Assembly (NCBI GenBank): GCA_001784155.1
Contig: MFPL01000007.1
Span: 10,101-74,100 of the forward strand
Reading direction: 5' to 3'
Length of the DNA: 64,000 nucleotides
DNA from: Candidatus Levybacteria bacterium RIFCSPLOWO2_12_FULL_41_12
Lineage (GTDB): Bacteria; Patescibacteriota; Microgenomatia; Levybacterales; UBA12049
The notes under the pieces were generated by a model. It worked only from the letters and a program-made list of their open reading frames with translations. It was not told the origin of the DNA and did not search any database. This document shows positions 1 through 10,432 of this stretch, piece after piece. Each line of letters starts with the position of its first letter. Positions within the stretch are counted from its first letter, which is position 1. The position numbers and the translations under genes were made by a program.

Positions 1-1
1 T

Positions 2-946
2 CCAGCACTAACTTTTGTAGCAACGGTGAATGTAGTTATCCAAAATGGACTTAAGCCAGTATTTGTGGATGTAGATCCTGATTTTTTCGAGATAGATCCT
101 GCGAAGATTGAAAAAGCCATAAGTAAGAAAACTAGAGCAATAATCCCTGTTCATATAGGAGGACAACCCTGTGATATGGATCCGATACTTCGAATTGCAA
201 AAAAACACAATCTTAAAATCCTAGAGGATTCATGCGAAACAATGTTTGCTAAATACAAAGGCTCACCAGCCGGTTCTTGGGGAGAGGTTTCGTGTTTTTC
301 CACTTATGTTGCTCATATTCTTATAACAGGAGTTGGAGGATTTGCTACTACCAACGATCCCGAACTTGCCATCCTTATTAAAAGTCTATTTAATCATGGG
401 CGTGACAGTATTTATTTATCAATTGATGATGATAAAGTATCAGACAGAAAAACTCTTTTTAATATCGTAAGCAAGCGTTTTCGATACGAACATATTGGCT
501 ATTCGTATCGAGCTACAGAATTGGAAGCTGCAATCGGATATGGACAACTCAAGCGTTATAAAAATATGATAAAGAAAAGACAAAAAAATGCAACCTATCT
601 CTCGAAGGGACTCAAGGATTTAGACGGATATTTACAGCTGCCCAAAGTGAGAAAAGACACAGAGCACGTATTCATGTTTTACCCGATAGTTGTTAAAAGG
701 GAAGTAGACAGAGATAATCTTGTAAATTTCTTAGAAGAAAATTTAATTGAAACAAGATATCTCTTGCCTCTTTTAAATCAACCAGTCTATAAAAAAATGT
801 TTGGAGACATAGAAAGTAAATACCCTATTTCAAAACACCTTAACCATAAAGCTTTCTATATAGGATGCCACATGAGTCTCGGGAAAAAAGAACTTGATTA
901 CGTAATAAAAAAATTCCATGAATATTTCGAAGCGGATAAAATATGA
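2..946 (+). CDS. DegT/DnrJ/EryC1/StrS-fold PLP enzyme, ColD/RfbH-like (His in place of Schiff-base Lys); 5'-truncated by window edge
   Basis: Frame is open from position 2 (PALTFVATV...). Motifs VFVDVD, IIPVHIGG, ILEDSCET, FSTYVAHILITGVGG (H at the usual K site) and GYSYRATELEAAIG. Confidence 0.85.
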   Translation, partial: PALTFVATVNVVIQNGLKPVFVDVDPDFFEIDPAKIEKAISKKTRAIIPVHIGGQPCDMDPILRIAKKHNLKILEDSCETMFAKYKGSPAGSWGEVSCFSTYVAHILITGVGGFATTNDPELAILIKSLFNHGRDSIYLSIDDDKVSDRKTLFNIVSKRFRYEHIGYSYRATELEAAIGYGQLKRYKNMIKKRQKNATYLSKGLKDLDGYLQLPKVRKDTEHVFMFYPIVVKREVDRDNLVNFLEENLIETRYLLPLLNQPVYKKMFGDIESKYPISKHLNHKAFYIGCHMSLGKKELDYVIKKFHEYFEADKI

Positions 947-1824
947 AGAAGGTGCTCTTTACGGGTGCGACAGGACTTTTAGGAAAATATTTCTTAGCCA
1001 ATGTTCCTCCGGGATATGAAGTAATAGGAACCTACAACAGCAACTTGAGGGCAAGAAAAAAGTTCTTTCTTAGACTAGATATTACCAGCAAAAGAAAGAC
1101 GGGACTTTTAATAAAAGGAGTGAAACCGGATATAGTTGTTCATGCAGCGTCAATAGGCAGTGTTGACTATTGTGAACTTCACGAAAAAGAAGCAAATGAG
1201 GTGAACGTAAAGGGGACAATAAACGTTGTAGAAGCGTGCAGGTTGGCGGGGGCAAAGCTAATATTTATCTCATCAAATGCGGTATACGACGGAGAAAACC
1301 CTCCATATTCTGAGGATTCACCCAGAAAGCCTCTTGATGAGTATGGGAGAACTAAAGTTAAAGGGGAGAATATAGTGTCTACTAGTGGGTTGCCTTACAA
1401 TATCGTTCGGTTAATGACAATGTATGGCTGGCCACCCCCGGATGGTAGGGGAAATCCCGTAAGCTGGATGATCGATGAAATTCTCAACAAGAGAAAAATT
1501 AATGTTGTTGACGACATTTACAACAACCACCTTTACGCAGGAAGCGCGTCTGAGGCCTTATGGAGCATCATAGAGAGAGGAAAACCAAATGAGGTATACA
1601 ATGTTTCAGGAAAAGACTGTATAACCAGATTCGAGTTGGCAAAAAAGGTGGCCGATGTTTTCAGCCTTGACTCTTCCCTAATCAATCCGGTAAAAAGCGA
1701 CTTTTTTAAAAATATCGCTCCGCGTCCAAAGAATACGTGTTTTAATACGGAAAAAATAGAAAAAGAATTTAAAATAAGGCCTTTAGGAGTAATCGAGGGA
1801 CTGAGCCTGATGAAGAATGAATAA
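943..1824 (+). CDS. rfbD: dTDP-4-dehydrorhamnose reductase (RmlD/RfbD)-like SDR
   Basis: TGATGLLG, HAASIGSVDYCE, ISSNAVYDG..PYSE, YGRTK, APRPKN; ATGA overlap with upstream gene. Confidence 0.75.
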   Translation: MKKVLFTGATGLLGKYFLANVPPGYEVIGTYNSNLRARKKFFLRLDITSKRKTGLLIKGVKPDIVVHAASIGSVDYCELHEKEANEVNVKGTINVVEACRLAGAKLIFISSNAVYDGENPPYSEDSPRKPLDEYGRTKVKGENIVSTSGLPYNIVRLMTMYGWPPPDGRGNPVSWMIDEILNKRKINVVDDIYNNHLYAGSASEALWSIIERGKPNEVYNVSGKDCITRFELAKKVADVFSLDSSLINPVKSDFFKNIAPRPKNTCFNTEKIEKEFKIRPLGVIEGLSLMKNE

Positions 1825-2965
1825 TTTTAAAAACCTATCCATTGCAATTGTTACTCACGTTTATGCAACCGGCCCTTCCTTTAAGCTCGAAGAATATCTT
1901 AGAAATAAAGTTGAAAACCTAGTATTTATAGGGCATCCATTTTCTTTTGCTAAAGATACAAGATCATTTATTAGAGTTTACAGAAAAGGAGACTTAGTAA
2001 TCGAAAAAAAATTTATAAAAATGAAGAGATCGGAATTTCTATTCTATGCAAAAGATTTTTTATTGACGATTTATTGGTGTCTTAAGTATTCAAAAAACAC
2101 TCAATATTTTTTCGGAGTTAATAATTTCAATTCTTTTTCAGGGTATATATTAAAAAAATTTGGTAAAGTACAAGACGTAATTTTTTATACAATTGATTAT
2201 GTTCCCAATAGGTTTGATAGCAAAATCATGAATTACATATACCACTGGTTAGACAGATTCGTCATTTCCAAAAGTCTGAAAGTTTGGAATCTGTCCTCTC
2301 AAATGGCAGATGAAAGAGAAAAAAGAGGAGTAAACACAAAATTTAGATCTAAACAGATCGTCGTGCCGATTGGCACAGAGATAAATGCCCCCCCTATGGA
2401 ATTTAACAAGATAGACAAAAATAAAATAGTATTTATGGGACATCTTAGGGAAGGTCAGGGTGTTGAAATGCTTGTTTCGTCAATGAAAGATGTCATCAGA
2501 AAAATTCCAGAAGCTCACCTATTGATTATAGGTGGGGGTCCGCTTGAAAATAAAATTAGATTGAAAATTAATAAGCTCAGGCTTGAAAAAAGCATTAAAC
2601 TATCCGGATTTGTTGAGAAGTTTTCCGAGGTAAGGTATCTTTTGAAAAACGCAGCAGTTGCAGTCGCACCCTATGTAGATGACGAAAAAACATACACTCG
2701 CTATACCGATCCGGGAAAACCTAAAGACTATCTTTCCTGTGGCCTGCCGGTAATAATAACTAAAGTGCCTCAGTTTGCTTTTGTAATTGATGAGAAGAGA
2801 TGCGGCATAGCAATAAGCTATGATCAGAATGAGCTCTCCGAAGCAATAATTAAACTGTCATCTAACAAAAATCTCCTGAAGGAATACAGAACAAACGCAT
2901 TTGAACTGGCAAAAAAGTATACATGGGAGAAAATTTTTAATAAAGCCTTTCAAAATACTTTATGA
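1817..2965 (+). CDS. GT4 (GT-B) glycosyltransferase
   Basis: C-terminal FMGHL..GQG, LLIIGGGP, PGKPKDYLSCGLPVIIT, YTWE. Paralog of 27838-29001. Confidence 0.85.
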   Translation: MNNFKNLSIAIVTHVYATGPSFKLEEYLRNKVENLVFIGHPFSFAKDTRSFIRVYRKGDLVIEKKFIKMKRSEFLFYAKDFLLTIYWCLKYSKNTQYFFGVNNFNSFSGYILKKFGKVQDVIFYTIDYVPNRFDSKIMNYIYHWLDRFVISKSLKVWNLSSQMADEREKRGVNTKFRSKQIVVPIGTEINAPPMEFNKIDKNKIVFMGHLREGQGVEMLVSSMKDVIRKIPEAHLLIIGGGPLENKIRLKINKLRLEKSIKLSGFVEKFSEVRYLLKNAAVAVAPYVDDEKTYTRYTDPGKPKDYLSCGLPVIITKVPQFAFVIDEKRCGIAISYDQNELSEAIIKLSSNKNLLKEYRTNAFELAKKYTWEKIFNKAFQNTL

Positions 2966-3993
2966 AAAGCCTAGTGTCAGTCCTTATTGTAAACTGGAAT
3001 TCCAAAGAAAATCTAAAGGATTGTTTACAGTCTCTATTTAAAATAGATTACCCAAATTATGAAGTAATTATAGTAGATAACGGCTCAACTGACGACTCTG
3101 TTAGCTGGGTAAAGAAAAATTATCCAGGAGTAATAATTGCAAAGGCAAATAGGAATTTGGGGTTTGCGGGAGGAAATGAGTTTGGTCTTAAGCACTGCCG
3201 GGGAAAATACATTTTATTTCTCAATAACGACACGTTAGTAACTAAAAGTTTTCTAACAGAGCTCGTAAGCTTTATTGAAAAAGACGAAAAACTCGCTGTC
3301 GTACAGCCTGCGATTCTTTTTCATCGTCCAGGAGAGTCACTTCATGGAAAGATAAATTCGGTAGGGAGTTTTATTTTAAATAGTGGATTTCTCTACCACC
3401 TTAACTATGGAAAAGAATTTATTGAAAAAGATTATGGAGAGTCATATGAGATTTATACTGCCTACGGAGCGTGTTTCCTGGCAAATAGAAAACTTGTTAA
3501 TAAGCTTGGACTTTTTGATCCAGAGTACTTTGCTTACTTTGAGGAGACTGATTTCAGTCACAGGGTCTGGCTTTCAGGCCATAAAGTGAAGATTTATACA
3601 AAAGCTGTAATCTACCATAAGGGTGCAAAGACAGCCCAAAAATTACCTAGCTCTTTTATACAGTACCACTCTTTCAAAAATAGACTCTTTACCTACCTAA
3701 AGAATTTCGGTCTGGTAAATATTTATAAAATATTTGTACCGCATCTATTTATTTGCGAGGTATCTTCAGTTCTGTATTTGGCTATGAGGCGACCTGGGTA
3801 TACGTTAGCAATTCAGAAGGCTATTCTCTGGAATATTATTAAGGTGGGGAAACTTCTTCGGGAAAGACGCAAAGTTCAGGAGGAAATCAGAAAAGTAAGA
3901 GATGCGGATTTCATTCCCAAATTGACTAGGAAAGTTAATATTAGGTACTATTATTACTTATCTAGCGGAGAGCTTGAAAAATACAGAGAATGA
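2962..3993 (+). CDS. GT2 glycosyltransferase (WbbL/rhamnosyltransferase-like)
   Basis: VSVLIVNWN, VDNGSTDDS, NLGFAGGN, FLNNDT, FAYFEETDFSHR. Confidence 0.88.
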   Translation: MKSLVSVLIVNWNSKENLKDCLQSLFKIDYPNYEVIIVDNGSTDDSVSWVKKNYPGVIIAKANRNLGFAGGNEFGLKHCRGKYILFLNNDTLVTKSFLTELVSFIEKDEKLAVVQPAILFHRPGESLHGKINSVGSFILNSGFLYHLNYGKEFIEKDYGESYEIYTAYGACFLANRKLVNKLGLFDPEYFAYFEETDFSHRVWLSGHKVKIYTKAVIYHKGAKTAQKLPSSFIQYHSFKNRLFTYLKNFGLVNIYKIFVPHLFICEVSSVLYLAMRRPGYTLAIQKAILWNIIKVGKLLRERRKVQEEIRKVRDADFIPKLTRKVNIRYYYYLSSGELEKYRE

Positions 3994-6476
3994 ACCTAAT
4001 TAAGAAACCCCTTGTCCTAATCTTCTTGGTTGGACTTTTAGCATGGCTTCCCACGTTATTTTTTTGGTTCTTTAAGGGCTATGAGGCGACGTGGTTATTA
4101 GGAGTTGGCGAGTATAATATCCCTAATTTATTAAAGGGCCATGCCTTCCTCTATTATATTGACTGGAAAATATTTGGATGGAATCCTTGGGGATGGTATC
4201 TCACTAGCATCGTTCTCCATCTTATAGCATCTTTCCTTTTGTTTAAATTTGTGTATTTAGTATCTAAGAATAAACTCCTTTCTCTTATAGCATCTATATT
4301 TTTTGTCGCTAATACCTCGTACAACGATGTCTTAACCTGGGGAAGTTTTAATTCATATTATCCACTCCTTTTAATATTGATGCTGGGATCTTTAATAGCA
4401 TTTGCTAAATATAGGGAAACTAAGAGGAAGATCTTTTTAACTATTTCAACAGTTTTTGCTTTCCTTGGATTCTACACTAGAGAAACGGGGTTAGTCATTG
4501 TGCCAATGCTTACAATATTTGATCTCATATTTTCTAATAATCTTAAAAGCAGACAAACAATAATTGATATTGTCAAAAGACAAACCCCTTTTTACATTGC
4601 TTTCTTAACCTTTTTCGTCATAAGGTCTATTTACGGTGGAACTCCGGGTGATAGCGCAGACAGTAATGTAAAATTACAAATGAGATTCGTTGAGGACGGA
4701 CTTTATTTAGAGTACGCGAAAGCTGTTATTCTAACAATGGGAAAGCTCATCCCTCCCCAAATCATACCTTATCCAGCGTTAAATTTAATTAGAGAGAGTT
4801 TTTCAAAGCTTGGACCCGAAAATACATACTTCTTCCCTGCTCTCGGATGGATAATTTTTGGCGGACTAGGGGCAGTAATGATAAAGTTGAGAAAGTCTAA
4901 CTACGCGAGAATTTTTCTATTTTTTCTATTATGGCTTGGATTATTTTCTGTATTCGTATCATTTGCAGTTCCTAATACTCCTGAAGTGTTAGCTAGAGCA
5001 TATGAGTACAATACGATGCGTTATCGATACTTTGCGTTTCTGGGAACCTCTATTCTCCTCGCGGTGATCTTAGCAGAGATATTCAAGAAGAGAGAAAGAG
5101 CGTTAGTTTTTGTAGCGTCAATTGTAGTAATTTTAAATCTGGTAATGTTATGGAGGATAGAGCAGAAAGTTTACGCGCTTTCCTATAAACCGGCAAAAGA
5201 ATTTAATATGAGATTGAGATCATTTTTTCCCACACTTCCCAAAGAAGCCGTTTTCTACTTATATCCACATTCCTCCGGTTTAGGCGACTATCTCCTGGAA
5301 TGGTACCTGATAAAGGGAGATTCCTATTTAAATCTGATTGGAGAACCATACAGGATAGAATCGCAGATAATTGCAGTGATTGATAAGGTAAAAAAAGGCA
5401 AAATAGAACTGTCTAACGTATTCTTTCTCGATTACAATAGCAGTGGTCTTTTAAATGAAACGGATAAGGTAAGAAGAGAACTTTTAAATCAGAAGAGCTA
5501 TCCGGTAAAACTTAATCGCGCAAGCGAAGCGCTTTATAAAAGCAATTCATTTGAAGGGCCAGTTGTCGACATTCCTTATAATATTGACCTTAGCCTGGGT
5601 ATTTCAGAAAACAGTCAATTTGTTGGAAAATCTTCCGATAGTCTAAAATTTAGAGCTTTGGTAGATTATTCCTCTGATAGGATTAATTACTTGAAAACTG
5701 TTTCCGTTTCTACCGCCTATACTATGTCACAGCGGGAGGGAGAACCGTTTTATCATGTTTTACCAGGGAATTTGATCGATGGCAATACGGGAAATAGATA
5801 CTCTTGGATTGCAGATGCATGGAACCCCTGGATACAGGTAGATCTGGGAGAACAGAGGGAGATTATTGCCGCTACGTGGGGATCAATAGATGGATCTACC
5901 AGAGTGCCAGCAACCTATTCGATATCTGTCTCAAAAGACGGAAGGGAATGGGTAAAAGCAAAAGATGTTAAAAATGCCAATTATGCTAAAAGCATTGATG
6001 TTTTTGATAAGCCGTATATAGCAAGGTTTGTTAGAATGGATATAAACACAACTTCCGGAGGAGACTTCGTAATGCTGGATGAGTTTGAAGTGATTTCCTA
6101 CTCAAGTAAAAATATTCTCTTATACTACAAAGATAGAGATAAACTATTGACTGACTACTACAACATGTTTGACTTTATGGGAGGTCAGGATGATTTATCT
6201 TATTTAAGAGACAAGGGACTAGATACTTATTGGGGCAAGTTGTCCTGGGAGACAAATAAGACAGCGCTGGGGGAAAATGGTCAAGTTTTATATTTTCAGT
6301 ATAATATTAATAATTCATTCCAACAAATAACCTTAGATCTCAATGAAGGAGAAATCTATTCCGGAAGCGGTAATTTTCTTAAAAAATATGTGAAATCAGT
6401 AGTAATAGATTTTGGACGAACCCCTTTTAATTTCTCATTGGATTCTTTACAATTTATACCTAGATTTAAGTTATGA
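3990..6476 (+). CDS. Polytopic GT-C-like membrane protein with C-terminal F5/8 type C (discoidin/CBM32-like) domain
   Basis: About 11 hydrophobic segments (FGWNPWGWYLTSIVLH, RETG, RYRYF), then LIDGN..SW...PWIQVDLG..YSISVSKDGREW..ARFVRM..EFEV. Confidence 0.75.
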   Translation: MNLIKKPLVLIFLVGLLAWLPTLFFWFFKGYEATWLLGVGEYNIPNLLKGHAFLYYIDWKIFGWNPWGWYLTSIVLHLIASFLLFKFVYLVSKNKLLSLIASIFFVANTSYNDVLTWGSFNSYYPLLLILMLGSLIAFAKYRETKRKIFLTISTVFAFLGFYTRETGLVIVPMLTIFDLIFSNNLKSRQTIIDIVKRQTPFYIAFLTFFVIRSIYGGTPGDSADSNVKLQMRFVEDGLYLEYAKAVILTMGKLIPPQIIPYPALNLIRESFSKLGPENTYFFPALGWIIFGGLGAVMIKLRKSNYARIFLFFLLWLGLFSVFVSFAVPNTPEVLARAYEYNTMRYRYFAFLGTSILLAVILAEIFKKRERALVFVASIVVILNLVMLWRIEQKVYALSYKPAKEFNMRLRSFFPTLPKEAVFYLYPHSSGLGDYLLEWYLIKGDSYLNLIGEPYRIESQIIAVIDKVKKGKIELSNVFFLDYNSSGLLNETDKVRRELLNQKSYPVKLNRASEALYKSNSFEGPVVDIPYNIDLSLGISENSQFVGKSSDSLKFRALVDYSSDRINYLKTVSVSTAYTMSQREGEPFYHVLPGNLIDGNTGNRYSWIADAWNPWIQVDLGEQREIIAATWGSIDGSTRVPATYSISVSKDGREWVKAKDVKNANYAKSIDVFDKPYIARFVRMDINTTSGGDFVMLDEFEVISYSSKNILLYYKDRDKLLTDYYNMFDFMGGQDDLSYLRDKGLDTYWGKLSWETNKTALGENGQVLYFQYNINNSFQQITLDLNEGEIYSGSGNFLKKYVKSVVIDFGRTPFNFSLDSLQFIPRFKL

Positions 6477-7447
6477 AATCAAAATTCTGGAAAAGTAAAA
6501 AAGTTCTAGTTACAGGTGGGGCAGGTTTTATAGGAAGTCACGTTGTTGAAAAGTTAGTTGCAAGAGAGGCAGTGGTTTCGGTTTTGGATAATTTGCAAAA
6601 CGGCTCGTTTGAGAATCTGGAAAATGTAAAAAGTAATTACAGTTTCATAGAGGGAGACTGTACCGATTCTGAGGTCGCAGGGAAAGCGTGTAGGGGACAG
6701 GATATTGTAATGAACTTGGCAGCTAAAGTTGGAGGAATTGAATACAACAGGACTCACCAGGCGACAATGTTAAGGGATAATTTACTCATCGGAACAGTAG
6801 TTTTGGAAGCTGCTCGTAAGAATAACGTTGAGAGGTTTCTCGTCATATCCTCTGCATGTGTATATCCAAGGGAATGTTCTTTTCCCACTCCTGAATCGGA
6901 AGGTTTTCTAGACGAACCTGAGCCCACCAATGGAGGTTACGGATGGGCCAAGAGAATGTCTGAGAAGTTGGGGATGTATTACGCTGAGGAATTTGGGATG
7001 AAGGTGGGAATTGTGAGGCCATACAACTGCTATGGTCCTAGAGATCATCTTGATCCTGAAATGTCTCATGTTATCCCGGCTTTGATAAAAAGAGTTTTTG
7101 ATGGGGAGGATCCTATAAAGGTATGGGGTTCAGGAAAACAAACAAGAGCATTTCTGTATGTAAATGATTTAGCAGAGGGAATGATCCAGGCAATAGAAAA
7201 ATATCCCGTGCCCGATCCAGTAAATCTCGGCACTGATGAGGAGATTTCAATAAAGGAGCTTATAAAAAAGATATTGGATATATCCGGAATTAATGCTAAA
7301 ATTGAGTTTGACTTATCAAAGCCGGACGGCAGTCCCAGAAGAAACAGTGACAATAGTAAGGCAGAAGAAAAGCTGGGATTTCAAGCTAAAACCAATATAG
7401 ACCAGGGTTTAAAAGAGACGATAGAGTGGTATAGAAATTATCAATAA
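6473..7447 (+). CDS. GDP-sugar epimerase/reductase (Fcl/ColC/GME-like extended SDR)
   Basis: TGGAGFIG, LAAKVGGI, SSACVYP, YGWAK, SHVIPALI, VWGSGKQTRAFLYV, DLSKPDGSPRR. Confidence 0.82.
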   Translation: MKSKFWKSKKVLVTGGAGFIGSHVVEKLVAREAVVSVLDNLQNGSFENLENVKSNYSFIEGDCTDSEVAGKACRGQDIVMNLAAKVGGIEYNRTHQATMLRDNLLIGTVVLEAARKNNVERFLVISSACVYPRECSFPTPESEGFLDEPEPTNGGYGWAKRMSEKLGMYYAEEFGMKVGIVRPYNCYGPRDHLDPEMSHVIPALIKRVFDGEDPIKVWGSGKQTRAFLYVNDLAEGMIQAIEKYPVPDPVNLGTDEEISIKELIKKILDISGINAKIEFDLSKPDGSPRRNSDNSKAEEKLGFQAKTNIDQGLKETIEWYRNYQ

Positions 7448-8107
7448 ATGAATATCTTTATTCCGAAGAAAGAAAATCTAATTCCATTGGAGTTTGAGTA
7501 TATCGATAGCACGATTGATCAATATTACAGGCCGCTACAGGGGTATTTCATGAGGAAAAGACTGGGTCTTGTCGCCTCAATGTTTGGGAAGAAGAAAGTA
7601 GATAAGGTTTTAGACGTAGGATACGGAGGGGGCACCTTTATTCCTATGCTTAGTAAAGCTGCAAAGAAAGTATATGGCATAGATACGATGCCTTATCCTC
7701 AAAAGGTTAAGAAGATTTTAAAGAAAGAAGGGTTATCAGCTGATCTTACAGTTGGATCAATATTTAAACCACCATATAAAAAAGAATTTTTCGATTTGAT
7801 TGTTTGCGTAAGTGTTCTTGAGCACTTTGAGGGAAAGCAAATTAACAATGCTGTTAAGCAAATGTACAATCTTTTAAAGCCCGGGGGGATTATTGTTTTA
7901 GGATTTCCCGTGAAGAACCCCATGACGGATTATATCATTGATCACTTCCTAAGCTTTAACCCCGATGATATTCATCCCTCAGGACACAAGCAGATCCTTA
8001 AGGGAATAAGAGAGGAAGTTAGAGTAGACAAAATGATTCATTATTTTCCCTTCCTGCCTCTAGACCTCTCCCTATACTGTGTCGTAAGGGTAAAAAAATC
8101 AAAATAA
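7448..8107 (+). CDS. Class I SAM-dependent methyltransferase
   Basis: VLDVGYGGG, FDLIVCVSVLEH, LLKPGG. Confidence 0.85.
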   Translation: MNIFIPKKENLIPLEFEYIDSTIDQYYRPLQGYFMRKRLGLVASMFGKKKVDKVLDVGYGGGTFIPMLSKAAKKVYGIDTMPYPQKVKKILKKEGLSADLTVGSIFKPPYKKEFFDLIVCVSVLEHFEGKQINNAVKQMYNLLKPGGIIVLGFPVKNPMTDYIIDHFLSFNPDDIHPSGHKQILKGIREEVRVDKMIHYFPFLPLDLSLYCVVRVKKSK

Positions 8108-8113
8108 TGTTCA

Positions 8114-8794
8114 ATGGATAAAACCAAGGTATCAATTATTATTGCCTGTAAGAATGAAGGCGAAGGAATAAAAAAAGTCCTCGAATCGGTAAGAAAATAT
8201 TCAAGCGATATAATTGTAGTAGATGGACATTCAGGGGATGGTACAGAAGAGATGGTTAGGGGGTTTGGTGCAAGATTCTTTTTAGACAATAAAAAAGGAC
8301 GTGGGGACGCATTGAAGATCGGTATAAAAAAAGCAAAGAAGGATGTAGTACTGTTTTTTGACGCTGATGGGTCGCACGATGAAAAAGATATACCAAATTT
8401 TGTTAGGCCAATTTTGGAAAAGAGGGCGGATCTTGTAATTGGTTCAAGGAGAACCGGAGGAAGCGCGGATATAATTGTAAATCTTACAGGAATTGTCCGA
8501 TCTGCAGGATGTGATTTTCTTGTAGCGATGGTGAATCATAAGTTTAAAACAAATTTAACAGACATTCTTTATAGCTTTAGGGCTATTAGAGCGTCTACAG
8601 TTAAGAAAATAGCTTTGCATTCAGATGATTTTGGAATTGAACAGGAGATGGTGGTTTCCTGTTTGAAACTCGGATATGTGGTTAAGGAAATTCCGAGCAG
8701 AGAAAAGGCGCGTGGATGGGGCAAGTCAAAACTTAGAACAATTACGGGGATTAAATTTATTTTTTCTCTAGTTAATCAGCTATATTTTTCCTGA
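8114..8794 (+). CDS. GT2 polyprenol-phosphate glycosyltransferase (DPM1-like)
   Basis: IIIACKNE, VVDGHSGDGT, FFDADGSH, DLVIGSR, FGIEQEM, GKSKL. Confidence 0.82.
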   Translation: MDKTKVSIIIACKNEGEGIKKVLESVRKYSSDIIVVDGHSGDGTEEMVRGFGARFFLDNKKGRGDALKIGIKKAKKDVVLFFDADGSHDEKDIPNFVRPILEKRADLVIGSRRTGGSADIIVNLTGIVRSAGCDFLVAMVNHKFKTNLTDILYSFRAIRASTVKKIALHSDDFGIEQEMVVSCLKLGYVVKEIPSREKARGWGKSKLRTITGIKFIFSLVNQLYFS

Positions 8795-8806
8795 GTGATT
8801 TCTAAA

Positions 8807-9457
8807 TTACCGATCTGAGTTAGATAAATTTTTTATTGGTCTAATAACAAAAATTTGCGTTGAATCGGGAAAATAGAAGACGCCAGGAATAACTTTGCTC
8901 GATAATCCCAAAGATAGAAATAACCTTTCCCATTCTTTTTTTGACCTTGCATAGATCATATCTTTTGGATAGAGAAATTTTTCTATAATATGTCCAAAAA
9001 GAAAAGGCACTCTGTTTGAGGAATCGACCTCCTTTATAATCAACAGTGAATTACCATCAAGCCTTTTTGATATAAAACGAATAATTTTATCCTGGTTTTT
9101 AAAAGAAATGTGATGTAACATATCGATCATAAGGTAACAATTTGCTTTTGGTAAATTTGTTTTGACTACGTCTCCAAATATAAACTTGATGTTCTTTCTT
9201 TTTCTAATACTTTTTACCGCTTGAGAAATCCTATCTTTTGAGAAATCAATGCCGGTCACTTTTCTTTCTTTTGACCCGAGCACTATGTAGTTAGTGAAGC
9301 CGCCATTTCCACAGCCTATATCCAAAACAATCCCTTTTTTGGGAATGATTTTGTCGAGCTTGTCATAAGGCAGAATAACTATTCTTAAAATCGTCCATAA
9401 AGCTTTTAGGATTCCTTGCGGCTTGTAAATGAGGAAAAGAGACCTAAGTTCTCTCAT
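8807..9457 (-). CDS. Class I SAM-dependent methyltransferase
   Basis: VLDIGCGNG, GIDFS, DMLHHI. Confidence 0.83.
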   Translation of the reverse strand: MRELRSLFLIYKPQGILKALWTILRIVILPYDKLDKIIPKKGIVLDIGCGNGGFTNYIVLGSKERKVTGIDFSKDRISQAVKSIRKRKNIKFIFGDVVKTNLPKANCYLMIDMLHHISFKNQDKIIRFISKRLDGNSLLIIKEVDSSNRVPFLFGHIIEKFLYPKDMIYARSKKEWERLFLSLGLSSKVIPGVFYFPDSTQIFVIRPIKNLSNSDR

Positions 9458-9463
9458 AAATTA

Positions 9464-10432
9464 TTAATTGTTTCTTCTAATTTTATTTCCTGGGTCATTA
9501 AATATACTTTTTACTACGTATTTTGGTCTGCCTTTAACTTCCTCAAAAATCTTCCCCATATATTCTCCCAGAATGCTTATTCCCAAGAGTTGAAGCGCTC
9601 CGAAGAAGAGAATTGCTATAAGAATTGAAGTGACGCCGTGCGGAATGTCAGGGTTAATAAGCTTAAGAATTACAAGAACTATGATTGCAAGGGACGCGAA
9701 GACAAATATTACAGAAGAAAGAAGAGCTAGGAATTGAAGCGGAACGTAGGAGAAGGAAAAAATTCCCTTTGTAGCCCAGTTAAGATTTTTTAGTATACTG
9801 TTGGTTGTCTTGCCGAACATTCTTTCAGGTCTAGTGTAAGGAACACCAGTCTGCTTAAAGCCGACCCATGCGCGAAGTCCTCTAAGAAATCTGTCTCTTT
9901 CTGGAAACTCTTTTAGTGCGTCTACTACTCTTCTGTCTATTAGAGAAAAGTCCCCTGCATCTAAGGGAATCTTTATGTAAGAAAGCTTATGAAATACACG
10001 ATAAAACGACTTGTATAAGAAAACCATGTAAAGTGGCGCCTCACGTTTTACACGTACACCATACACGATGTCAAATCCTTTTAGCCATTTGGGATAGAAT
10101 TTCTCGATAATTTCCGGAGGGTCCTGAAGATCTCCATCGAGCAAAACTACTGCGTCTCCTGTCGCGATATCCATGCCGCTTGTGAAGGCCATTTGCGAGC
10201 TGAAGTTTCTTGAGTGATTTACCCCGATTACATGCTTATCCTGTCTACAAAGACTTGCTAATACACTTTCAGTATTATCCAGACTACCATCGTTGACGAA
10301 AATAATTTCATAATTCAGCCCGATTTTTTTGAAAATTTTAACAAGCCTTTTGTGCATTATGGGGATTGCACGTTCGTCGCCGTAGCATGCAATAATTGCA
10401 GAAATCTTTTTCCTTTTAAGTCTGTTTTTCAT
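9464..10432 (-). CDS. GT2 polyprenyl-phosphate glycosyltransferase (GtrB/ArnC-like, two C-terminal TM helices)
   Basis: FVNDGSLD, SRNFSSQ, LLDGDLQDPPE, AGDFSLIDR, RFLRGLRAWVGF, LGEYMGKIFEEVKGRP. Start moved to ATG 10432, which overlaps the upstream stop. Confidence 0.9.
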   Translation of the reverse strand: MKNRLKRKKISAIIACYGDERAIPIMHKRLVKIFKKIGLNYEIIFVNDGSLDNTESVLASLCRQDKHVIGVNHSRNFSSQMAFTSGMDIATGDAVVLLDGDLQDPPEIIEKFYPKWLKGFDIVYGVRVKREAPLYMVFLYKSFYRVFHKLSYIKIPLDAGDFSLIDRRVVDALKEFPERDRFLRGLRAWVGFKQTGVPYTRPERMFGKTTNSILKNLNWATKGIFSFSYVPLQFLALLSSVIFVFASLAIIVLVILKLINPDIPHGVTSILIAILFFGALQLLGISILGEYMGKIFEEVKGRPKYVVKSIFNDPGNKIRRNN

